Assembly: GCA_013314735.1 (NCBI GenBank)
Contig: JABUFD010000008.1
Location: 1-64,000 of the forward strand
From: Anaerolineae bacterium
GTDB lineage: Bacteria; Chloroflexota; Anaerolineae; Anaerolineales; Anaerolineaceae
Reading direction: 5' to 3'
Length of the DNA: 64,000 nt
Within the stretch, counting starts at the first letter, position 1; each line of letters opens with the position of its first letter. This document shows positions 8,414-16,105 of this stretch, piece after piece. The position numbers and the translations under genes are program-made. The notes under the pieces are model-generated. The model made no database searches, was not told where the DNA came from, and saw only the letters and a list, made by a program, of their open reading frames with translations.

Positions 8414-10072
8414 ATGAACCAGTTGTATTACGGCGACAATCTCACCATCCTGCGGGAGTACATCCCGGCGGAATCCGTCGACCTGATCTACCTCGACCCG
8501 CCCTTTAATTCCAACCGCAATTACAATATCCTGTTCAAGGAAGAAAGCGGGGAACAAAGCGCGGCGTAGTTGACCGCGTTTGAAGATACCTGGCACTGGG
8601 ACATCAACACCGAAGGCCTCTACCAGGAGATGGTCACCTCGGCCGACATGCCGCCGCAGGTGAGCAGCATGATCGCCGCGCTGCGCAATTTTATTGGCAC
8701 CAACCCGATGATGGCGTACCTGGTGAACATGAGCGTGCGCCTGGTGGAACTGCACCGCGTGCTCAAACCCAGCGGCTCGCTCTACCTGCACTGCGACCCC
8801 ACCGCCAGCCATTACTTGAAGGTGGTGCTGGATGCCATTTTTGGGTTTGAGAATTACCGGAACGAAATTGTGTGGAAACGCCAATCCGCGCACAGCGATG
8901 CACGATATAAATTCTCTGACGTGGCTGATATTATCTTCTTTTATGTTAAATCGGGCAAAGCGTTATTCACACCACAATATACAGAACATGACCCGGAGTA
9001 TATTAAGAAATTCTACCGTTATGATGACATGGATGGGCGAGGGCCATATCGCCTTGCTGACATGGCATCACCAAACCCACGCCCAAATATGATGTACGAG
9101 TGGAAGGGATACGGTTATCCGAGCAAAGGATGGCGGTACCAAAGGGATACCATGCAGAAGCTGGATGAGGATGGTCGCATATATTACCCCATAAAAACCG
9201 ATGGAAGCCCAGATTATACAAAGCGATTGGCATTGAAAAGGTACCTTTCAGAACAGGAAGGCTCAATAGTAACTAATATATGGGATGATATCCAGCCATT
9301 GCACGGTGCTACAGCCGAACGCCTTGGTTACCCGACGCAAAAACCGCAGGCGCTGCTGGAGCGCATCATCAGCGCCTCCTCCAACCCCGGCGATGTCGTG
9401 CTGGATCCGTTCTGCGGCTGCGGCACCGCCGTGGCCGCGGCGCAGGCCCTCGGGCGGCGCTGGATCGGGATCGACATCACCCACCTTTCGATTGCCCTGA
9501 TCAAATACCGCATCGAAGACGCCTTCCCCGAGGCCAAATTTGAGGTGCTCGGCGAACCGCAATCGGTGCAGGACGCGCGCTACCTGGCCGAAAACAGCCG
9601 CCACCAGTTTGAATGGTGGGCGCTTTCGCTGGTGCGGGCGCGCCCCGCCGGGGGCGACGGCGGCAAGACCGGCAAAAAAGGCGCCGACCGCGGCATTGAC
9701 GGCATCATCAACTTCATCGACGGCGCCAAAGGTGCGCCGAAACAGATCATCGTGCAGGTGAAATCCGGGCACGTCTCCTCTGCCCACATCCGCGACCTGG
9801 TGGGCACGCTCGAACGCACCAAGGCCGCCATCGGCGTGTACCTCACCCTCGAAGAACCGACCGCCCCCATGCGCAAAGAGGCCGCCGAAGCCGGCTTTTA
9901 CCATTCCGACCTGTGGAACCGCGACTACCCGCGCGTGCAAATCTACACCATCGAAGAACTGCTCTCCGGCGCCGCGGTGCAGATGCCGCCCACCAGCGCC
10001 AACGTCACCTTCCAGCGCGCCCAGCGCCAGAAAAGCGAAGACAGCACCCGCCAGCCGGATTTGTTCGGTTAA
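8414..10072 (+). pseudogene. beta-class N6-adenine/N4-cytosine DNA methyltransferase fused to a C-terminal Mrr-type (PD-(D/E)xK) restriction endonuclease-like domain; interrupted by an in-frame TAG at 8567-8569
   Basis: N-terminal DLIYLDPPFNSNRNYN (motif IV) lies in the same frame as downstream ..AFEDTWHW.., ending in DPFCGCGT (motif I). These are separated only by an amber codon at the position where homologues have Q. C-terminal DRGIDGI..IIVQVKSG matches the Mrr catalytic motif. TATAAT at 8358-8363 and a GGGGAGGAA RBS precede ATG 8414. Confidence 0.7.
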
Positions 10073-10110
10073 GGGGAAGGGGGTAATGTTGGATTTTCAC
10101 ACATTGCTTG

Positions 10111-10139
10111 TTGCATTTTCGCACATCAAGGGATATAAT
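10111..10139 (+). promoter_or_regulatory. sigma70-like promoter for the XRE gene (TTGCAT -17 bp- TATAAT)
   Basis: TTGCAT at 10111-10116, 17-bp spacer, TATAAT at 10134-10139. Confidence 0.5.
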
Positions 10140-10182
10140 CATAGCGTGAAGTAATTTGCGCCTATGTGAAAGAGAGAATCCC

Positions 10183-10515
10183 ATGAACAGCGAATTGTCG
10201 ATGCATTTGAAAGAAATGCGGACCAAATTGAATTTCAGCCAGGAATATGTTGCCAGGTTGATGAACGTCAACCGCAGTGTGATCACCGCGATTGAATCCG
10301 GCAAACGCAGCGTCAGCGCGGAAGAATTGGATCAATTCTCGGCCATTTACGGCGTCTCGATGGAAATGCTTCTGCACGGAGAAGATGACCTTAACCATGT
10401 GCGTGTCTTCAACCGCATGTTTGACGCGCTGAGCGAGACCGACCAGCAGGAGATCCACAACCTGATGCAATTCAAGATCAACCTCAAGCGATCACTGGCA
10501 TCGGATGAACCATAA
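10183..10515 (+). CDS. XRE-family helix-turn-helix transcriptional regulator
   Basis: LNFSQEYVARLMNVNRSVITAIESGKRSVSAEEL is a Cro/C1-type HTH. ATG 10183 after a consensus promoter. Confidence 0.8.
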   Translation: MNSELSMHLKEMRTKLNFSQEYVARLMNVNRSVITAIESGKRSVSAEELDQFSAIYGVSMEMLLHGEDDLNHVRVFNRMFDALSETDQQEIHNLMQFKINLKRSLASDEP

Positions 10516-10635
10516 ACCGCACGTTATATACCAGCATCAATCTCCCGAAGAACTTGCCGCAGATGTTCTTCGGGAGTACCATAGTTATGCGTTCAACCCA
10601 TCCAACACCCACAACATCCCACTCACCTTCCCCCT

Positions 10636-10712
10636 GCCGCGGAGAAGGCACGGGAATCATTTTCACGCTGCCCCGCCTGCCCCATCGCCTCCGGCATGGG
10701 CGGGTTCGGGTA
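10636..10712 (+). repeat. R1 repeat, copy 2 (5' module only; hairpin deleted)
   Basis: gaaggcacgggaatcattttcacgctgccccgcctgcccc followed by ccggcatgggcgggttcgggta, which also follows copy 1 at 8330-8352. Confidence 0.65.
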
Positions 10713-10749
10713 GGGGGAAAGAAGGGATGACTGCATATTCATCGACTGC

Positions 10750-10799
10750 TTGACAAATTTGCCGTCATCCTGTACAGTAATACTGTACAGACACGGAGT
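10750..10799 (+). promoter_or_regulatory. yefM-yoeB promoter with tandem palindromic operator (2x CTGTACAG)
   Basis: TTGACA 10750-10755, 17 bp, TACAGT 10773-10778. Self-complementary CTGTACAG at 10770-10777 and 10783-10790 overlaps the -10 box. GGAG RBS before ATG 10805. Confidence 0.55.
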
Positions 10800-10804
10800 G
10801 TAAA

Positions 10805-11083
10805 ATGACGATTCAGACAACCTATACCCAGGCCCGTGACGGCCTGGCAAAATTGATGGACCAGGTGACGCATAATCGTGAAGTGGTGATTATCCAGCGC
10901 CGCGGTGAAGAGGAAGTAGCGATGATTGCCGCAGCGGAATTGGAAAGCCTGATGGAGACCGCCTACCTGCTGCGTTCCCCTGCCAATGCCGAACGCCTGC
11001 TTTCCGCCCTGGGGCGCGCCCTGAAACACGAGGGCACCCCGCAAAGCCTCGATGATCTGCGGCAGGAGACCGGGCTTGTCTAA
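10805..11083 (+). CDS. yefM: Phd/YefM family type II antitoxin
   Basis: MTIQTTYTQARDGLAKLMDQVTHNREVVIIQRRG..ESLMETAYLLRSPANAERLL is a typical YefM sequence. Overlaps the downstream toxin gene. Confidence 0.85.
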   Translation: MTIQTTYTQARDGLAKLMDQVTHNREVVIIQRRGEEEVAMIAAAELESLMETAYLLRSPANAERLLSALGRALKHEGTPQSLDDLRQETGLV

Positions 11084-11345
11084 AAAAGCGCGCGTAGCGG
11101 TCTTTCAGCCCGAGTTCATCGAGGACCTGCGCCATTGGGTGGAAACCGACCGCAAGCTGGCGCTGCGTACCTTCGACCTGATCGAAGCCATCTTGCGGGA
11201 TCCGTTCAACGGCATCGGCAAGCCGGAACCACTTAAATACCTGGCGCCGGGTACATGGTCCCGCCGGCTGACGCAGGAGCATCGTATCGTGTACCTGGTG
11301 CGCGATGAACAGATCGACTTTCTCCAGGCACGCTACCATTACTGA
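11052..11345 (+). CDS. yoeB: YoeB/Txe family type II toxin (ribosome-dependent mRNA interferase)
   Basis: ..FQPEFIEDLRHWVETDRKLALRTFDLIEAILRDPFNGIGKPEPLKY..SRRLTQEHRIVYLV.. matches YoeB. The true start is probably TTG 11076, overlapping the yefM stop by 8 nt. Confidence 0.8.
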   Translation: MICGRRPGLSKKARVAVFQPEFIEDLRHWVETDRKLALRTFDLIEAILRDPFNGIGKPEPLKYLAPGTWSRRLTQEHRIVYLVRDEQIDFLQARYHY

Positions 11346-11461
11346 GCGGATATTTCCCTTGATCTTTGGGATTAACGTTGTACAAATCTGCAATTGGAAT
11401 GCAGATTTGTACAGGTTTGTTAACATTTTCATCCACCCGGCCCATATTGACCCCTGTGCCC

Positions 11462-11628
11462 CCCGCCGCGGTGAAGGCACGGGAACCGTTTTCACGCTGC
11501 CCCGCCTGCCCCATCCCGGAGGTGGGTATGGAAGCAACATACACCGTTACCGCACTTCCCACCTCCGGGATGGAATGGATCGGCGAAACGCTGACCCGGT
11601 GGAGGGGAACGCCACGCGTACAAACCGC
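11462..11628 (+). repeat. R1 hairpin repeat, copy 3 (full length, REPIN-like)
   Basis: Near-identical to copy 1, including hairpin arms ccatcccggaggtgggtatggaagcaacatacaccgttaccgcacttcccacctccgggatgg. Confidence 0.75.
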
Positions 11629-11707
11629 AAAGGATGCCGCAGCTTCCCTGCCGGATGCGCCTGCGTTGTGCGATGTTGCCAAACGACATCGGCTGCGCCG
11701 CGCAGCC

Positions 11708-13183
11708 CTAGGCCTCCGCACTGAACAAATACGCCGTACCGGGCTGATCCCAACCATCCAGAAAAACTTCCGCGGTCCAATACTTGTCCGGGTACGGAAT
11801 ATTGACCCCATCGCCAAGGATGATATTCCTTGTCACATCATACATGGCGTCGCTGTCATAGCCCTCGCGTTTGTGCATGGCCTCCACATCGCCGGAGAAA
11901 GTGGCGCAGGCAAACTGGGAACAGAACGGCGGCCCCGCTTTTCCATCGTTCACCGGTACGAAGTCGAAGAACAGGAATCCTTCCGGGACAGGGGTGGATG
12001 CTTTCATCAGGCGCCCCCAAAAACCGTGCCACGGCCCCACATCCACGCCCAACCCATAATGGTGCATGAACAATATATCATAGCCAAAATCTGATTCGTA
12101 CCCGCTCATCGCGTCCAGGGTGCGGAAGAGTTCTTTCCGCTGTTCCAGGTTGTCCAGGTCAGTCAGCTCCTGCCCAATGAAGCGCATGGCAGGCATTTTT
12201 TTGTATTCAAAGCTCTCCACCCGGAAGCCCTGCTGCTGTTTCTTCACCGTATCGGGCATAAACAACGCCCACTGCACCTGGGCATCGCAATTTTTCAGAT
12301 AATTGACATAGCCAAAGACCTCCACGCTGTCGGTGCCTGTCGGCCCGGTTTTGTTTCCCGCGATTTTCTCCCGAATGCCCCGCTCCCGCATGACTGAGAA
12401 GTCGGCAAACATGTTGGCCACCGTTTCCCGTAACCCCTCCTCGCAGGGCTGCCCGGACAGTTCGTCATCAAATCGATCCAGGGCTTTGAACACAGCCGCA
12501 TTGACCACGCCGGCGGGTTCGAGCTCTTTCAGGCATGCCCGCAGCTGGTCATTTTGTTGCTTGAAGCGCCCAAGCACCCCCTGCATCAAAATCTGCTCAT
12601 TTTCCGCCAGTTGATCCGCACCCCATTGGGAATCATCAAGGATCCATTCGGTCAATTCATCAAAGACCCCCGGATTTTGCCCCCTGGCTTTGCCTGCCCA
12701 GCTGACCAACCGCTTATACTTCTCGATGGCTGACAGTGGTTCGCCCTTGTCATCGTCGATCTCGTTCCAATCGACCAGGTAAAATTCGCCCATTTGTGGG
12801 TATGTCATATCAAAACCTCCTTGAATGTTGATAGTAATCGTCAGGGGGTGGAACATCCTGACCCTGCCCCGCCGGATTTTCGATGGCGGCACCCCGTGAA
12901 ACCGCGTGAACGCCCTGGAAAAGCTCTCCTGTGTATCGTACTGATAGCGGAACGCCACATCCATGATTTTGCTCGCTGGCTGCAGCAAATCCTGCGCGGC
13001 CAGGCTCATGCGCCGATTGCGGATATACTCACCGACGGTGATGCCCATGACCAGGTGAAACAACAGCTGAAAATGGGAGCTTGATGTATACGCCTGTCTT
13101 GCCAACTCGTCGATGTTGAGTTCGCTGGTCAGGTTATTTTCGATGAACGCTATGGTTTTTGACAGGCTCTGAATCCAGTTCAT
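11708..13183 (-). CDS. AraC-family transcriptional regulator with large (~380-aa) C-terminal domain of unknown function
   Basis: N-terminal AraC HTH: IENNLTSELNIDELARQAYTSSSHFQLLFHLVMGITVGEYIRNRRMSLAAQDL...DVAFRYQYDTQESFSRAFTRFHGVPPS. Start either at the MNWIQ.. Met (13183) or at 13234. Confidence 0.7.
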   Translation of the reverse strand: MNWIQSLSKTIAFIENNLTSELNIDELARQAYTSSSHFQLLFHLVMGITVGEYIRNRRMSLAAQDLLQPASKIMDVAFRYQYDTQESFSRAFTRFHGVPPSKIRRGRVRMFHPLTITINIQGGFDMTYPQMGEFYLVDWNEIDDDKGEPLSAIEKYKRLVSWAGKARGQNPGVFDELTEWILDDSQWGADQLAENEQILMQGVLGRFKQQNDQLRACLKELEPAGVVNAAVFKALDRFDDELSGQPCEEGLRETVANMFADFSVMRERGIREKIAGNKTGPTGTDSVEVFGYVNYLKNCDAQVQWALFMPDTVKKQQQGFRVESFEYKKMPAMRFIGQELTDLDNLEQRKELFRTLDAMSGYESDFGYDILFMHHYGLGVDVGPWHGFWGRLMKASTPVPEGFLFFDFVPVNDGKAGPPFCSQFACATFSGDVEAMHKREGYDSDAMYDVTRNIILGDGVNIPYPDKYWTAEVFLDGWDQPGTAYLFSAEA

Positions 13184-13274
13184 CCACTGCCCTCCTTCAT
13201 CCATATCATACAGTCGGATTGCGAAAAAAGCCATGTCAGAAAATACGATGTTTTGTCCGTTCCCTGCCTTCCCA

Positions 13275-13340
13275 CCGCCGCGGGGCAGGCACAGGAACCG
13301 TTTTCACGCTGCCCCGCCTGCCCCGCACACGAACCGTGCA
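13275..13340 (+). repeat. R1 repeat, copy 4 (5' module only)
   Basis: ggcaggcacaggaaccgttttcacgctgccccgcctgcccc, immediately upstream of tRNA-Phe. Confidence 0.65.
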
Positions 13341-13397
13341 AAGGCTTGACGCTTTGGGCAGTGTATTGTAAAATCAAAGCGCGGTGAAAACCCGTCA

Positions 13398-13470
13398 GCC
13401 GAGATAGCTCAGTTGGTAGAGCACACGACTGAAAATTGTGGTGTCGTCAGTTCGATTCTGTCTCTCGGCA
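13398..13470 (+). tRNA. tRNA-Phe (anticodon GAA)
   Basis: 73-nt cloverleaf: acceptor gccgaga/tctcggc, D-arm gctc-AGTTGGTA-gagc, anticodon stem cacga/ttgtg, loop CTGAAAA (U33, GAA, A37), T-loop TTCGATT. One T-T mismatch in the T stem. CCA not encoded. Confidence 0.8.
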
Positions 13471-13471
13471 T

Positions 13472-13508
13472 AGAGCGCCCCCCCTGCGGGGCGCTCTGCA
13501 TTTTCATT
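13472..13508 (+). terminator. rho-independent terminator after tRNA-Phe
   Basis: agagcgcccc / ggggcgctct stem followed by gcattttcattt. Confidence 0.65.
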
Positions 13509-13569
13509 TGCCGCTGCACAAATTCCCAATCGCGGGTACAATCAAACCATTCCATTCGGGACGGATACC

Positions 13570-14820
13570 ATGACCACCACCACTCACCTGTCACAGCGCC
13601 AACCGGCGCAGATCAAAGCCTCGCTCTATTACGGCATCATGTGGGGCATGATGGCGCTTTCCACCACCTTCATCTCGATCGACCTCAACCACCGCGGCGT
13701 GACCGAAACCCAGTGGGGCATCATCTCGGCCCTGCGCGCGCTGATGACCTTCCTCGCCGCGCCGATCATCACCCGCCAGGCCGACCTGCGCCGCACGCGC
13801 GTGCGCTGGCTGCGCTGGATCATGATCCTGCAGGCGGTTGTGATGCTGATGTTCATGATCCCGCGCCACTTCGGTGCCTTCCTGGTGCTGTCGCTGCTGT
13901 CCGCCGTCATCGGCTCGGCCGTGATGCCCCTCGGCGATGGGGTGATCGTGCGCATGGCGCAGAAACACAATTTAGAATTCGGGCGGCTGCGCCTGTGGGG
14001 CTCATTGGGGTTTGCCGTGTTCGGCACCTTCGGCGGCTGGCTGTGGAGCGAGGTCGGCTATTCGTTCATCTACATCGCCGGCTTCCTCGGCTACCTGGTG
14101 GTGGCATTCTTCGCCGGCAACCTCGAAGAACCGGCCGTGCACGAGGCGGAGATCGAAATTCCCGTGCCCGAAGAAGAGGGCCTGCCGCTGCCCAAACCGA
14201 AAACGATCATTCAACTGCTGTTGGGCGATACCGTGCTGCTGCTGTTCCTGGTGGCGGCCTTCCTGCGCTCCTCTTCTGAACTGATGTTCTTTTCCTTCTC
14301 CGGCATCTACATCGACGCCCTCACCGGCAACGCCTTTTATGCCGGGCTGATCAACGGCGGTTCGGCCATCCTGGAAATCCCGGTGATGATCAACGCCCAG
14401 CGCCTGATCCAGCGTTTCGGGCTGGCACCGCTGGTGGTGGTGGGGTTCTTTGTCCAGGCGGCAGGCCTGGCGGTTTTCGCGCTTTCCAGCAGCCCGTGGC
14501 TGATGTATGCCGGCTCAACGCTGCGCAACATGGGCTTCGCGCTGTATTTTGTCGCGGCGGTGCAGTTCATCGACCGGCGCGCCGGCAAGAACGATGCCAC
14601 CAGCTACCAGGGCCTGCTGAGCGGGATCAGCTGGGGGCTGGCGCCGCTGCTGGCCACCCCGCTGGCCGGGATTGTCTACCAGCAGTGGAGCGCGCAATGG
14701 GTCTTCCTCCTCGCCACCCTGATCTGCACCTTCAGCGCGGTGGTGATGATCCCGGTGGCCGTGCTCTTCCGCCGCGAAGAGAAACAGCGTGCCCACCAGG
14801 CGGAAACCTCCCGCTTGTAA
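13570..14820 (+). CDS. MFS-type transporter (12 predicted TM helices)
   Basis: Hydrophobic periodicity throughout, basic residues in short loops between TM helices (e.g. ..TRQADLRRTRVRW..), 416 aa. TACAAT at 13533 upstream of ATG 13570. Confidence 0.75.
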   Translation: MTTTTHLSQRQPAQIKASLYYGIMWGMMALSTTFISIDLNHRGVTETQWGIISALRALMTFLAAPIITRQADLRRTRVRWLRWIMILQAVVMLMFMIPRHFGAFLVLSLLSAVIGSAVMPLGDGVIVRMAQKHNLEFGRLRLWGSLGFAVFGTFGGWLWSEVGYSFIYIAGFLGYLVVAFFAGNLEEPAVHEAEIEIPVPEEEGLPLPKPKTIIQLLLGDTVLLLFLVAAFLRSSSELMFFSFSGIYIDALTGNAFYAGLINGGSAILEIPVMINAQRLIQRFGLAPLVVVGFFVQAAGLAVFALSSSPWLMYAGSTLRNMGFALYFVAAVQFIDRRAGKNDATSYQGLLSGISWGLAPLLATPLAGIVYQQWSAQWVFLLATLICTFSAVVMIPVAVLFRREEKQRAHQAETSRL

Positions 14821-14880
14821 AGCAACAGGAAAGCGGGAATATCCGGGCTGAATACCGGGTGCCGTTGCGTCCGGGTTCGC

Positions 14881-15723
14881 TCAACCTGCCGCCCGGCCGC
14901 GGTTCCCTTCCAGCCATCCCACGGCGAAATCGACCAGGGCACGCTGGCGCAGCAGGCGGGTTTCCGCCATGCCAACCTGCCCGATGATGACCTCCGCGGG
15001 GCAGGCCGCCTCAAACGCGGCGCCCAGGGCGGGGAAGTCATCGCTGCCGTAATCGAGGTCATCGTACCACACCCATTGGCGCGCGCCTTCCACCAGCAGC
15101 GGGGCGCCTTCGCGCACCATTGCCTTGCCGGGAAAATCGGCGCGGTTTTCCGCCAGGTGGAGCGAGGTGTTGTTGCCGTGGCCCACCCCCAGCAACAGCA
15201 CCCACCCATCCAGGTCATACAGCCGTGCCAGGGGGGAGCCTTCGCCCATGGCCGGGGTGAGGGCATGGTTGGCGGTGAGGAATTCCGCCTGCGGGCCGCG
15301 CGCGCAGAATGAAACCTGCGGGTGCAGGCTGCGCCGCGTGCCATCCTGCTTGCGGAAGCACTCCGCGGCGGCGCCCATCCCCCGCGTGGGGGTCAGGTCG
15401 GGGGAAAAGGGCGGCATGCTGGCACGGATCGTATCCCACCACGCCGGCGGGACGGGCGGGTGCTGCCAGTTGGCGGGGTTGGAAAGGTCGCCGCTGTGGG
15501 CGGGCATCATCAGGGTGCCGGCCGGGCCGAGGGCATCTTCCAGCGCCAGCACCAGGGCGGGGGCGCTGCCGCACACCCACCCCAGCCGGCTGAGGGCGCT
15601 GTGCACCAGCAGCACCATGCCGGGGCGCACGCCGAGTGCCGCCAGGTCGGCGGTGATCTGCTGTTGGGTCATCATCCGGCTGGAAAGCACGGCGCGTTCT
15701 TCGCCGCGGATATCATGGGTCAT
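14881..15723 (-). CDS. AAC(3)-family aminoglycoside N3-acetyltransferase-like protein
   Basis: ITADLAALGVRPGMVLLVHSALSRLG..GTLMMP..NWQHPP.. and the C-terminal conserved blocks match the AAC(3) antibiotic N-acetyltransferase family. Start at ATG 15723 or the internal MMTQQQ Met; the track ORF extension to 16272 crosses the repeat element and is rejected. Confidence 0.75.
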   Translation of the reverse strand: MTHDIRGEERAVLSSRMMTQQQITADLAALGVRPGMVLLVHSALSRLGWVCGSAPALVLALEDALGPAGTLMMPAHSGDLSNPANWQHPPVPPAWWDTIRASMPPFSPDLTPTRGMGAAAECFRKQDGTRRSLHPQVSFCARGPQAEFLTANHALTPAMGEGSPLARLYDLDGWVLLLGVGHGNNTSLHLAENRADFPGKAMVREGAPLLVEGARQWVWYDDLDYGSDDFPALGAAFEAACPAEVIIGQVGMAETRLLRQRALVDFAVGWLEGNRGRAAG

Positions 15724-15794
15724 GGCGGGTTCCTCCGGGGGGTCTGGTTTTCTATCCATTGTACCGCTGTTTGCGCGGCGGAACGCCTCGGTGG

Positions 15795-16030
15795 TGAAGT
15801 TTGGGAATGGCAAAACATACACACCCGAACCTCCATCCCGAAGGGAGGTCTCCATCCCGAAGGGAGGTCTCCATCCCGAAGGGAGGTCTCCATCCCGAAG
15901 GGAGGTCTCCATCCCGAAGGGAGGGACATGCGCCGCTTGCACTCGTGACCTGACTGCCTCCCTCCGGGATGGGATGGCGAAGGCATGTTGGAAACGGCAG
16001 CCCGGAACGTCAAAGTCACGCCGCGGTGCC
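15795..16030. repeat. solo copy of the composite hairpin repeat (H family) with 5 tandem 19-bp arm repeats (cctccatcccgaagggaggt) x5
   Basis: Five tandem copies at 15830-15928, then gggacatgcgccgcttgcactcgtgacctgactgcctccctccgggatgggatggcg and a tail ggcccggaacgtcaaagtcacgccgcggtg that match units of the arrays at 51.96 and 56.12 kb. Confidence 0.75.
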
Positions 16031-16105
16031 CACCCCGCCTGCAACCCGCAGGGCGGGTTTGCCGTATCATTAATAGAGCTTTGTCGCAATCGAAAGGAAA
16101 CCTGC

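Noticed and set aside
8234-8893. 219-aa minus-strand ORF spanning R1 repeat copy 1 and the 5' end of the methyltransferase gene
   Set aside because: Covers a repeat element and is antisense to a motif-rich gene; His/Gly/Val-rich composition.
13413-14279. 288-aa plus-strand ORF beginning inside tRNA-Phe and running through the MFS transporter gene in another frame
   Set aside because: Starts within a structural RNA and terminator; His/Arg/Pro-rich nonsense composition; the overlapping MFS frame has coherent TM periodicity.
15125-16105. N-terminal 327-aa extension of the track ORF 15125-18022
   Set aside because: Overlaps the AAC(3)-like gene on the opposite strand and reads through the hairpin repeat; the genuine start at 16106 has an RBS and is followed immediately by a signal peptide.
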